A DNA stretch of 64,000 nt from Felis catus (lineage: Eukaryota). The notes beneath the pieces were generated by a model. The model was not told the DNA's origin, did no database searches, and saw only the letters and a list, made by a program, of their open reading frames with translations. The stretch is from positions 62,808,001-62,872,000 of the forward strand of contig NC_058368.1 in assembly GCF_018350175.1 (NCBI RefSeq), in the 5' to 3' direction. Made by a program: the position numbers and the translations under genes. This document shows, piece by piece, positions 24,342 to 36,478 of this stretch (position 1 is the stretch's first letter; the number at the start of each line of letters is the position of its first letter).

Positions 24342-27271
24342 TTAAAGTCATTATTTACATATGAATGAAATAATTGAAATTGAAAGGAGATTCTATCAAA
24401 ATGGTTTGTGTTCCCTCTGTAAGACTTCCACAATTATTAGCAATAGAGTTCTTTACTACACCACCTTACTCACCTAATACTCTACCCTTACTTCTAGGAA
24501 GGCACTTGAATTTTACACTTAAATTTTGAATCTTTTCTGAATAAAAATAAAGTAGAGCAAATAAACAGGTTTTTCTCCATTGGATGTCAAAGGATCTCTA
24601 TAGGTTTATTCCTGAGGTCTCTAAAATAAGCTGTGTTATTTAGAGGTCACATTTTCATTCTCTTTCTGACACAAAGATTGTTTTAGTTTTTAATGCAGAG
24701 TTTTAGTTGCTGTAGAAAGCTGCTCAATTATCGAAGCTGAAAGGCTTCTTTCCAGGTTGGTTTCTAGAAGATAAGTAAGACACAGGATGGAACAGGTGTC
24801 AAAAGCAATTGTGAGCAGGTAGGCATGATTCTATGGCAGCCCACTCCTTTGCACCTAAACAGTAAATCTTGAAGACATCAGTTCACACCATATTTAAAGA
24901 CAGTATATACCTGAGTAATTCTTAATTTATTATTTTCTCTGCCCCTTCCTTTGTTTTAGAATCTAATTATCAGTAATCTAGTTCAGAGGCTTTGAACTTG
25001 TCACATTTCATTTGCTTTGCTGTGCCAGTTTAAAATGAAGTGGGATAATTTTGCAAGAGGATATTTGAAAACCAAATTTCTACCACCATCACATAAATAT
25101 TACACACTGGGACTTCTAATTTCAAATTATTTTATCTTAAAAAGGTACCATTTCCTTGGTATGTTGAAATATTGTTCCATGGTGTAAATATGTAAACAAA
25201 GTATCATGCTTTTTTGTATATTTTCAATTATAACATTAAATAGTAAAGAAGGCATACCATAAAATGCCCCTAAAATAAAAGTTATATATTGGAGTGTTCA
25301 CAAATACAACCTTTAAAAAAAATTACAGTATTATGTTTTTTTACTTCCTCTGAAATTTCTGTTACATAGGGAAATTGAATATTTAAAAAAATGATGCATC
25401 AATATCTACAGGAGAAGAATTCCTGGTAAACCTGTGAATAAACATGATGACAACGAGAAGCAGCAAAAACCAGCACATCCACAGATACTACTTTCTAATT
25501 GCATAATCTGGTCCCTAAAGTTATCTTAAAACAGTAAGTAAAATCTCTAAGTTCTAAACAATGAGGTATCACTAAGGACTGTCCCAACTAAAGGCTCTAG
25601 AAATGATTCAATTCAGCACACTCCTCTGGCTGAATCCCTAGAATTTTCCCCTACAATGTCCTCAGTGCCTCACTTCACTTCCAGTACACATCTACCTGCA
25701 AGAAGAGATCAATGGTAGATAAGATTATGTTTATTTTCTCTTCATTCCTTTTCTTTCCTCTTTTAATTCCAGGAACAAGCTGAAATGTCGGTGGCATTCC
25801 TTCTGGTGGCATTAGAGGTATGTAAAGATGTGATGTGTATTCTCTATTTCCCCCCAAAAATGAGAAACTACTATGACATTTTGTTCCTGGTTAGTTAAGC
25901 CTGAGTATAAGGGGAAATGATTTAATAACAACATGATGTTTCTTATATTCTGACTATAGGATTCTAAGAACAAGTTGTCCATATATTCTAATTCTAGGAG
26001 CTTTTAAATAGCATTTATGTAAGCCAATATTGCAGAAAAGAGTCTCAAATTTAAGTTTGACTTTTTATGCCATCTGTGACCAGATAAATTGGATCCAGAT
26101 CAATTTTAGAGCCATGTTATTTAATAAAATCAAATTGATTATGCAGTGCTCTCAAAACCAGGCATTGCTGTTCATTGGGAAACATCAATTTTTTCTTCTG
26201 CTTTTGCAGTTACAAATTAATATAGTACTCCATTAGTGAGATGAACTTCAGGTTACTAATTAGTATAGCACCCCATTAGTGAATTCTATTTGCTTTGTAA
26301 TTTGGCAAAATTTATTTGTCTTTGGAGAATGTCCTAAATCTTTGGTCCAGAATATTCTGCCGTTCTATTTTTCCCCTCAGTCTATCACAACCTCAGAATC
26401 TCTCCCTTTGCCTCTATCCACTCCTCCCACCCTCATTCCAACAGATGAAATTGACTCTACCTGCTAGCGAAGAGAGAGGAGAAAAGAGTCAATGTTTTAG
26501 TTACATCCTCCTCAGCATCATATTTTACTCTTCCCTTCTCTTCTACCAAATTATTCTGTTCCCCTTTTAAGAACTCATTTGAATCCCATGCAAATAGGTC
26601 CATTTATGAGAGGGAATCAATATTCTTATTGCTGAGATCGGCTCTACAATGAACGCAAAACACTTGTCCAACAGTGGAGAGTATCTAAATTGCTTTGTAA
26701 CATCTATGTCATTGGATATCTCTGAGAATCTACTCCAAATCGCCTCCAAACACCTTTCCCATACCATGTCAATTGTTTCTGGGAATTCTGATTTGAGATG
26801 TGGTGTAGGTACGCTGCCTGACTTTGTAATATGTTCTATTCTGTGCATCCTTACAGGCCTCCTGGATCTGGTCAAAATGCAAAAGTGACACTTACTTTCA
26901 AATGAATCCAAATCACACTCTTGAGCTCCTAAGGAAATACTTGTCTGGCAATTACATAAAGCATTTATGAATAGGTTTAGGCAAATGAGCCACAAGGGAC
27001 AGCCATTTTATAAAATTATATAGGCCATGTTTTTGCCTAGATTTGAACATGGTGATAATAGACAATATACTATCTGGGATGATTATTCTTCAAAATCCTT
27101 TTGTCTTTACCTTCATCTCCTACTCCACTCAGGGCCCTGCCTATTTGAAGATCGTAAACTGGCAGAGTGACCTGAAATGGAATGGTTGCAGAAGTCTCTC
27201 CTTCCACCTTCAGAACATTTCCTATTTGCAGCATTTTTTTAGTGTTTTAGCCTTAAAGATACCAGAGATGA

Positions 27272-27339
27272 TTTCTTTTAAAAAAGGGGTTTTTTTTATT
27301 AATTTTGAGAGAGAGAGAGTGCTGGGGAAGGGGGGGGGA

Positions 27340-27384
<45 letters not shown>

Positions 27385-27510
27385 CCAGCAGACTCCATGC
27401 TGCCAGCACAGAGTCTGATGTGGGGCTCTACCTCATGAACTGTGAGATCATGACCTGAGCCAAAATCAAGAGTTGGAAGCTTAATCTACTGAGCCGCTCA
27501 GGCGTCACAG
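27272..27510 (-). mobile_element. Can-SINE with long (GA)n
   Basis: Antisense body; TSD taccagagatga. Confidence 0.93.
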
Positions 27511-27602
27511 TACCAGAGATGACGTCTTATCACAGTTCCCTTTTTTTAATAGGGGAAAATCACAATGTTAAGAGGTTTTGTGGGTGTCTGCTTTTTGGTT
27601 TA

Positions 27603-28190
27603 CAGGCATAACCGGGAGATAGTACAGGTTCGGTTCCAGGCCATCGCAATAAATCAAATATTGCAGTGAAGAGAGTCAAATGAACATTTTGGTTTCCTGG
27701 TACATATAAACATTAGGCTTACACTATACTGTAGTCGATTAAGTCTGCAGTAGCATCATGTATAAGAAAACAATGTACATACCTTAATTTAAAAATACTT
27801 CATTGCTTAAAAATGCTAACCATCACCTGAGCTTTCGGTGAGGTGTAATCACTGATCACAGATCACCATAACAAATATATATTAGTGAAAATATTTGAAA
27901 TATTGCAAGAAATTTATACTCTCAGGCCCTACCCCAAATGTACAGACTTGCATCTTAGCAAGATTTGTGTGTCCATTAGACTTAAAAAAAATAACAATTT
28001 TTCTATAGTACTTGTATCATCTGCATGATCAAAAGCACAGAAAGAAACAGACATAAAGTGAGCAAATGTTGTTGGAAAAGTGACAGCAGGAGACTTGCTT
28101 GGGGTGGGGTTGTCACACACCTTCAATTTATTAAAAATGCAGCTTCTGGGAAGCATAATAAAGCAAAGCACAGCAGAACAAGGGAGGCCG
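27603..28190 (-). mobile_element. Tigger1 internal-deletion derivative (Tigger1a-like, TcMar)
   Basis: TA + 'caggcata' terminus; both Tigger1 end regions joined at 'gtaatcactgatcacagatcaccataac'; carries a ~140-bp foreign insert. Confidence 0.88.
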
Positions 28191-29254
28191 CTTTTTTCAC
28201 CTTCTCAGTCAGCATTGAGAAACTTGAATAAGACCATCCCTAACCCAAGTCCCCAAAATGTGGCTGGCACGCCTAAAAGACCTCTAGCTGTTGCAGCTGC
28301 CCCTGTCCCACACTGCCTGCCAGGCAGCATGCCTTCTTCCAAGTTCTGTCCTTCCTCTAAGGAGCGACAGCTGGTCCTTCTCCATGGACCCAGTTTAATA
28401 TAACCTATTATATTAAATATATAAATAGTTTAAATAACCAGAAAAAAACAAAAAACCCACAAAAACCTGGAGAGTGGTCACATTGCGTCAGGTTAAGTTC
28501 AGAAAAAAGTTTTCAACTAAAATAACTGCAGCCTGAAACTGTATCAAGCTGATCTATTTGTGCGTCCAAAGCCCTTTGGTCAGAGGCCCCTACACCAAAA
28601 TCTCCAGCCACATGATGTATATAGACATCTGTTTCTAAGCCTTCTGATAGATATTCATGTTTTACTGCTTTATAGCTCCCTGGTTCCCTCATGCCCATGA
28701 ATATTTGGACTTTTTGACTCAGTCTTCATAGGGCTATTTCCTTAAAGGACTCAAATGATCTCATAGGCTGAGCTTTTAACACATTAGCAGCCTCTATCAT
28801 ATATCAGACTCTGATACTTGCCATTTAGGCAGCATCTAAGTATTGCTCCCTAACCACGAATAAGTCACACTTCTGGAAATAGCCCCAGCTTTCCATAACA
28901 CCATTTCTCAGTTATAAAAAGCATAGTTTCTCTAAGGGTCTGTCCTACTCTATGCCTAATCTTTGATCATTTAGAAGAAGCTTTGCATTCCAAAAGGAAC
29001 CTTATAAATAAAATGTATAATGAAGCCCTCTAGGAGTTAAGCCAGCATCTTAAGGAAAGCTACATTAAGGCAAGTGTTTTGTATGTTTTATCTCAATCCT
29101 TCCACATTTGCTCTCCAAACAATTCTCGGGGAAAACTATATGACAGTCCCTACTAACTTTCTATTCTAACTTCCTTTCTTCCCTACTTTATAAGAAAGAT
29201 GTGAATATATTCCAATTTGCCTAAGTAGAGTTGTATTAAATTTCAGGGTCATTC

Positions 29255-29475
29255 TTTTTTTTTCCCCTTTTTTAATGTTTATTTATTTCTGAGACAGAGT
29301 CAGAGCACGAGAGGCAGAGGGACAGAGAGAGTCATACACACAGAATCTGAAGCACCTCTTGGTTCTGAGCTGTCAGCACAGAGCCCCATGCAGGACTTGA
29401 GCTCACAGACCGTGAGTGAGATCATGACCTGAGCAGAAGTCAGATGCTTAATGTACTGAGCCACCCAGGCACCCC
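29255..29475 (-). mobile_element. Felid Can-SINE
   Basis: Antisense body; TSD agggtcattctt / aggatcactctt. Confidence 0.94.
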
Positions 29476-29569
29476 TGAGGATCACTCTTAATAGCAGCCA
29501 TTTTCACTATCAATATATGGTAATACTCCCGCTAAGTTCTGTAATCATCCTATTTATAGTAAAACCATA

Positions 29570-29805
29570 GCTGATCAGAATCAAAACTATATTTCTCCTT
29601 TTCAGAAAAGTAGGTGCATACGACTAAGCTCTGGACAATAAGATACAAACAGAAGTATTGTGTGGGACATCCAGGAAGTCTCCTTGGAACAAAAGACATG
29701 CCCTTTGCCTTCCTATCTCCTGCTGCCAATATGGAACATAGAGACAAGGTCTAGTCTTTCAGCTGCTATCTTGGATTCTGAACAAATTTCAAGATAGAAG
29801 CCATG
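29570..29805 (+). mobile_element. MaLR LTR fragment (MLT1I/J-like)
   Basis: 'ctctggacaataagatacaaacagaagt...ccaggaagtctcctt...tcctgctgcc...cagctgctatcttgga'. Confidence 0.55.
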
Positions 29806-30000
29806 TGTATTAGTTAAGGTGGATGCTGGTAGCCATAACTACTTGGAATAGATTAGGAAAAAAAACAGTGGTTTAGAGATATATTACACTGATTTCTCTT
29901 TCACTCAACAATTCTCAGGTGAGTTGTCCAAAAAGGGGAAATAATTTTGCTCTATGTGGACATATTGAGACCCAGGTTCCTTCTACCGGCTTCCACTACT
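29806..30000 (-). mobile_element. MaLR LTR fragment (old MLT1)
   Basis: 'tgtattagttaagg...aacagtggttta...atttctctttcac...gacccaggttccttc'. Confidence 0.5.
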
Positions 30001-30024
30001 CTGTACCTCCTTGCTAACTGAGAA

Positions 30025-30150
30025 TATCGCCCGCAGGACAGACTCACTGATATCACTGAGGAGCTTAGTAGAAATCTATACTTTCATGCCCCACCCCAAA
30101 TCTATAGACTTGCATTTTAGCAAGATTTGTGTGTCCATTAGACTTAAAAA
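30025..30150. mobile_element. MER5A-like hAT-Charlie MITE
   Basis: 'atcactgaggagcttagtagaaat...gccccaccccaaa...ttgcattttagcaagat'. Confidence 0.6.
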
Positions 30151-31446
30151 CAAATCATTTCTCTATAGTAACGTTATCATCTGTATGATCAAAAGTACAG
30201 AAAGAAAATATTTTAAATTCATTATTTTAAAAATGAAAAATTGAAGTTTTTTTCCCACAAACTAGTAACTCCTTAAGCTTATAAGATAGTTCTATCTTAA
30301 AAAAAATGTGAAGTTTGCTGTCAATAAAAAGGTCTAAAATAATGTATTATTCTGGTAAATAGTTGCCGTAATGCAGGCTGGCCACTTAGTGATAGCATTG
30401 TCACTAGAATTGGATTCATATTACATAGGTAATACTAGAATGTGGGGGCCTGTGCATCAAGCCTCTAAAGAGGTCGAAAAGGGATTCTCTCCTGGGGAAA
30501 TAAAGTCAAACTTTATGGGAAAGCTTCCACAAAAGTGGAAACCAGCTCCATATAAGAAATATAAGGTTGACATGGTAAGATAAAGGGATAAAACTAAGTC
30601 TTATGTTTTCTCTCAAAAAGGCTGCTAGTGGTTGAATGTCCTTCCATGTTAAATAATCAAAAGAGGTAAAAATGCAACAGAGAGCATGGAATATTTGCCA
30701 CCAGTGTAAATAACCCAGAGAAAAACCAACCTCATTTTACTTGACTTGAGGTTCCACTTTATATATATCATAGCATTCACATTAATCCAACTCCCAAACG
30801 TTTTTGAATATGTAGTTGCACCACGAAAAAAAAGAAAAAAGAAAAATCTTGAGGACCCTGTAGAGAATTATACAGTATAATGAGTTTCCATAATTTTTTT
30901 CTTACCTGGCAGCTGCCTCCAAAACTTTACACTTTTTTCTCTAAAATTCCTCTGAATATTTTTTCCAATCTCCAGACTACTTATAGTGCCTGCCATCTCC
31001 TTTCTTTCTCTTTATTTTTAAAATACATATTAATTTTAAATAAATACAATTTTATAATTTATGTAAATATAAATTATAAATAAATATTTTAAAAGATAAA
31101 TTTTAAAACAATTTAGTCTTCTCAAAGGCTTTTTTTCCCCCCTCTTTTACATTTTATTGATCACTTTGGCAGCTCTAAGGAAAGGATTTTGAGGAAGAGA
31201 AGTGGAAGGTTTGGGGTTAGGAAGGGTGTTAAAGTCTTACTTTGGGGCTTTGGTCTGTGTAACAGTAATGGCGAAGCAGGGTCAGGTAGCTCACTAAGAA
31301 GAGGTTAAAGTCGTAGCTAAGACACTCACCTCATTTTTGGCCTCCACTGAAGGTTTAAATCAGTGGCTTTCAGGTTCACTTGCCAAATACAAGTATCACA
31401 TTCCCATATGTCTTATTAATTTTAAATTAAATTTAAGAAAAATATG

Positions 31447-31703
31447 AAGCTGCTTAGCATAATGGTTGTTATTCTGCAATTGGAGATCAAACCAACTTGC
31501 TTTTGATGTTTGCCTCTTCCACATATGCACTCATTATGATCCTGAGCAAGTCTCTTACCATCCCAGAGCTACAATGCCTTTATCTGTAAAAGGGAAGAAA
31601 TAATAGTGCATATTTAGTGGGGGGTAAATTATTAAATGTGATGAATTTCTAGTGTGTAGCAGAGTTTTGACACCGTTTGAGCTCTTGATAAATTCCAGCT
31701 ATT
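31447..31703 (+). mobile_element. MIR, near full length
   Basis: 'ctgagcaagtctctta...tttatctgtaaaaggg...aataatagt...attaaatgtgat...taaattccagctatt'. Confidence 0.75.
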
Positions 31704-31774
31704 GTAATATATATAACTAACTCTCTTCGTAATATAAATCTATTGAGCAGAGGTTGGCAAAAATTGGGGCCATT

Positions 31775-32930
31775 AATTTTTTAAATATTTTTTTTCTTCC
31801 TGACCCTCTTTTCCTTTAGGAGCTTCAATAACATGTACATTAAGCTACGTGCATTTGCTCCACAGATCATTGTTTTTCTGATCTTTTTTATTATTTTTTC
31901 TGCATTAAATTTTGGATGGTTTCTACTGTTATGCATTCAAGTTTACTAAGTTTTTCTTCTGCACTGTCTAATGTTTAGTTCATCACCTCCATATATTTTT
32001 TTATCTTACCTAATAAATTTTTACATCTAGAATTTTGATCTATAATTCATATAGATAGATAATTCAGGTATATATCTGAATAATTGAGATACTTTAGATA
32101 TAATAGATAATTCAGAATATACATGAATTATACATATATATAATTTTATTTATATATTATATATATAATTTTGCCTCTTTGCATGCCTGATAATTTCTGA
32201 TGGATACTTGGCCTTATGCTTTTAACTTAATGGTAGTATATATTTTTATATCCTTATAAATATTCCTAAATATTGTTCTGGGACACATCTAAATTACCTG
32301 GGAACAGTTTGATCTTTTCAAGGCTTGCATTTAAGTTTTGTCAGGCAATATTATAAACAGCCTTCAGTCTAGGTCTAATTTTGCCCTACTACCAAGGCAA
32401 TGTTGTTCTGAGTATTCTAAGAAATGAATTGAGAGAGTTTTCTTCATTCTGACTAGGGAGAGCAAAAGCTATTCCTGATCATATATGAACTGTGAGGATT
32501 ACTACCTGAAATTCTTTTAAGTTTTTCATATGGGAGCCTTGGCTAGTTTTATCACATACACGCAGCTAAAGACTCAAAGGGAATACCTGTAGACAGCCAG
32601 AGTTCCTTCTCTGGGCAGACTTGTCTTTTATGGTAATCTACCTCTTCTACAAAATCTTGTCACCTTGGTCTCCCCAAGGTGGTCTTCCCATCTCTCAATT
32701 CAGGGAAAGGCCAGATTCTTTCTCCTAAATTAGTGGCAGGCTAGGCTTCCCCTTTGTAGGGAGTAAGCTTTGAGGGTCTTACAGACCATTTTCTGTTTCC
32801 TCTTCTCAGATTTCACAGTTTTGCATTGACTGATACCTGATGCTGAAAAACATTCCATCTTTATTTTGTTAAGTTTTTTAATTGATTCAGTCAGGAAGAT
32901 ATGTCTGGTCCATCATTCTACCTTGATTAG
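31775..32930 (-). mobile_element. Old L1ME 5'/ORF1-region fragment
   Basis: 'caagtttactaag...cttctgcactgtctaatg', 'tctttgcatgcctgataatttc', 'cagtttgatcttttcaaggcttgc'. Confidence 0.65.
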
Positions 32931-33107
32931 TATCAAAAACGCTACCATAATTATCTGTCAAGTTTATTTCTAATATTACAAATTTTTAGAGGATTACTCA
33001 AGACTCTAGTTGTTCGTTGCTTTATAGCATAGTTAGGGACTTTTTCTCCTCTTCTCACTTATGTAGTGAGTAGTAATGTAGTTTCACATAGATTACTGGT
33101 AAATGCA

Positions 33108-33326
33108 TTTTTGTTTTTTGAGAGAGAGAGAGACAGAGGTAGTATGTTGTGTGCATGCGCATGCAAGTGGGGGAAGGACAGATGGAGAGGGAGAGAGAGA
33201 ATCTGAAGCAGGCTCTGTGCCCCAGCACACAGCCCAAGGCAGGGCTTGATCTCAGGACCATGAGAGCATGACCTGAACTGAAACCAAGAGTCAGATCATT
33301 AACCAACTGAGCCACCCAGGCATCCC
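33108..33326 (-). mobile_element. Can-SINE
   Basis: Antisense body. Confidence 0.93.
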
Positions 33327-33837
33327 TGTAATTACTATTTTCGAGATTTTGTATCACTGATGACAACCTTCATGATTCTACTTTTTTGTTAAATTTCTCT
33401 TCCTTCCCATTCTACTTGGTTTTGCTATTATTTTTAGTTTATTTAGTAAATATCTTTATAACCCAAAAGTTTTAAATCTCTAAAAATGTTCATTCTTTAT
33501 TACCTGATTTAATAAATTCAAACAGTGTTGACTGAGCTATAGCTATGAACAATAAAAACATGTGCATACATGGACTTTTACCCACTGCATCACTCACCTT
33601 GCCCCCAAAGTTTTTGTAATTATATTTACCATTGTTAGGCTAATCATATTTACATCATGATATGCAATTGTAATTATTTTTTTATTTTTTTGTCTATTGA
33701 TCATGAAAATGGATAAACATCTTTGTTTATGATTGTGGTTAAGTAACTATTATTCACTTTAATTCCATGTATTATAGTTAGTCCACAGAGAATTAAATAG
33801 AATCCTATTTATATCACTAAAACAACCAAACTTTAAC

Positions 33838-34196
33838 CATTTCTTAAAACTCAGCTGCACATTAGAACTGTCTTAGTGGGGCACCTGGGTGGCTCAGTTG
33901 GGTAAGCGGCCATCTCTTGGTTTTGGCTCAGATCATGATTTCATGGTTCGTGAGTTCGAGTCCTGCATTGGGCTCTGTGCTGCCATTGGGGAGACTGTTT
34001 AGGATTATCTCTCTCTCTTTTCTCTGTGCCCCTCTCCCACTCGCTCTCTCAATAAAAAAATAAACTTTACAAAATAATAATTAAATAAGGAATTATCTTA
34101 GAAGTGTTTAAAAAATACAAATGGCTAAGGTATTGTTTTTTATCTCAAAAACTCCCAGTGTTATTCTAATGAGCAGCCACATTTGAAAACTGGACT
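33838..34196. mobile_element. MER5-like MITE split by a SINE
   Basis: 'tcagctgcacattagaa' ... 'aaactcccagtgttattctaatgagcagcc' are complementary MER5 arms. Confidence 0.6.
33878..34088 (+). mobile_element. Can-SINE
   Basis: Full body; degenerate TSD gaactgtcttag / gaattatcttag. Confidence 0.94.
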
Positions 34197-35781
34197 ATAT
34201 GATGTTCTTTTAACTTTTTCTAGTTTGTTTTACTTTCTCCATTACATGTTCAGCTGCTCCCATGTCATTTAGTCTGTTTTCTAAGTTTTCTGTCTCTTTT
34301 GTTTTATTGTAGTTCTTTCTCAAGTCTTTCTCAAGAAGAAAATCTTTGATATGTATAATATACATAAATAGATTTGTTATTATATTTTAATATAGATTAT
34401 GTAATATACAAATATTTTATTATATAAAAAATATATCATATAATATATAAATAGTATATATAAGTTTTAGAAAACTATAGGATTTTTGCTTAGCTAAAAT
34501 TTTTATGGCATTTTGCATCCACTTGTTTGACTAGGTATGAACAGAATGCTAAGCTTCTAATTTTTTTTCCAAAACTTTGATATTATTCCACTTACTCTGG
34601 CATGCAGTGTTACTGCTAAAAGTCTTGAAAGCTTTTTTAGTGATTTCCTGAAAACCTTGCATGAAGTTTGAAACTGCTAATCCAATTCTGACAATACAAG
34701 GAAATACTAAATGGTCAATTAAGAAGTTTAAGCTGCTTTCTTTTCCTAAAATTTCCACACATATTATTTCTCTTGGTGTTACTTAAATAAAGATAATAAA
34801 TTTGTGTTTTAATGTTAATTGTAATTTGCTTTAAGAGAAACCACATTCTTGAGGTATAATGTAAAAGCATCATCTTCATATTGTACAATGTACAATATGC
34901 CCCTGTGAAAAAGGGTTTGTCTTTGCTTTTCTTCACACACTATTAAACTCAGTCTCTAAGTTTAGATTAAAAGCACACCTGAATGAGACCTGTAACATAA
35001 AAACTGATTTATGACACTAGGCGGTTTCACGTTTAGTCATTCATCAGTGATTACATGGCATCAATCTCTGGGTTGCAGATTACTACAATTTAATAGTCAA
35101 ATAGATTGCCTGGTAAAGCATTTCATCCTCAACTTTGTCTGACTTTTGGAATACAACTTAATTTGTTCTCTGTAAATAAAAAATTTTTAGATAATGATTG
35201 CAAGTAATGGTTTGCCTCTATGTAGGTAACAGAGAAATTGATAACGTTCAGTCAAAGGAGAATTCCTCTATTCATCAGGATCTGTCAGAAGAAGCCTGTT
35301 TGCTCCCTCAATTCCACTCCACACATAAATACAGTGTCTGTGGGTATCAGTGGACACTTTTCCTTCTCCACTTTTGTCTTTGCTTTCCCTATTCGTTTAT
35401 GAGGATCCAATTTTATTTCTTCAAAAGTTTTCAATAAAGACGAATGTCATCTTACTGCCTAGATCCTGCAAAAAATTGATTTCTGACCCTTTGTACCACA
35501 TTTCCAAACCTAAGTGTCATGTAACTATCTGGTCCTTGCCTTCCTTGCTGGCCCTGTAGTTCTCATTCGTCCCTATGTACACTCTCCTCCAGTTCATGAG
35601 TTATACTTACCAGCACATTTGAAGATGTGTAGCATTGACTTTATGTTCAATGTCAACTCAGACTTGCTGCTGTTTCAAAAGCAAACTTATGTATCGGTGT
35701 TAATGACAGGAGCTTTCCCTTCTAGAAGGCAAAAAACCTGTCCTCTTTCACTGAGCTCCAACCACACCTGTATCTATTCAT

Positions 35782-35799
35782 CTTTTCTTTTCTTTCTTC

Positions 35800-35848
<49 letters not shown>

Positions 35849-35927
35849 TTCCTTCCTTCCTTCCTTCCTTCCTTCCTTTCTTCCTTCCTTCCTTCCTTCC
35901 TTCCTTCCTTCCTTCCTTCCTTCCTTC

Positions 35928-35962
<35 letters not shown>
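35782..35962. repeat. (TTTC)n(TTCC)n(TTTC)n microsatellite at a SINE tail
   Basis: Seen directly; homopurine-homopyrimidine tract. Confidence 0.97.
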
Positions 35963-36126
35963 AATGTTTTTATTTATTTTGAGAGAGAGAGAAAGAGAAT
36001 CCCAATCAGGCTCCTGGCTGCCAGCATAGAGCCTGATGCGGGGCTCAGTCTCACAAACTGTGAAATCATAACTTGAGCCAAAATCAGGAGTCAGATGCTT
36101 AACTGACTGAGCCACCCAGGTGCCCC
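35963..36126 (-). mobile_element. Can-SINE
   Basis: Antisense body. Confidence 0.94.
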
Positions 36127-36139
36127 TGTTCACTTTTTC

Positions 36140-36410
36140 CATTGATCCATGTAGCTATGAATCTAGAGGTTGAAGCGTCGTACAATAGGTGTGAAAATGG
36201 TCCAATTTACAAATAAACGCAAACACATTTCCCAAAGCAGTGGTACCCATTCAAATTCCTTAATGCTGTATGTAAACAGAGTTCCCATTGAATAACTTCT
36301 CAGATCTTTGGTATTGTCTGATTTTCTCATTGTAAATTGTATCTCATTATCATCTTGGTTTACCGTTCTCTAATTATAAATAAAGTTGAATATCTTTTCA
36401 TACCATAAAT
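36140..36410 (-). mobile_element. L1ME-like 3' fragment
   Basis: 'ttcccaaagcagtggtaccc...agagttcccatt...tttggtattgtctga...gttgaatatcttttcata'. Confidence 0.6.
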
Positions 36411-36428
36411 GACTCCAAATTGATGATT

Positions 36429-36430
36429 TT

Positions 36431-36473
<43 letters not shown>

Positions 36474-36478
36474 TTTTT
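36429..36478. repeat. (TTTA)n microsatellite
   Basis: Seen directly. Confidence 0.96.

Noticed and set aside
27929..28231. ORFs over Tigger
   Set aside because: Non-coding terminal region of a deleted Tigger1; no transposase.
35514..36142. 171-aa and 122-aa ORFs with FLPS/KEGR repeats
   Set aside because: Open only because of the TTTC/TTCC microsatellite and SINE.
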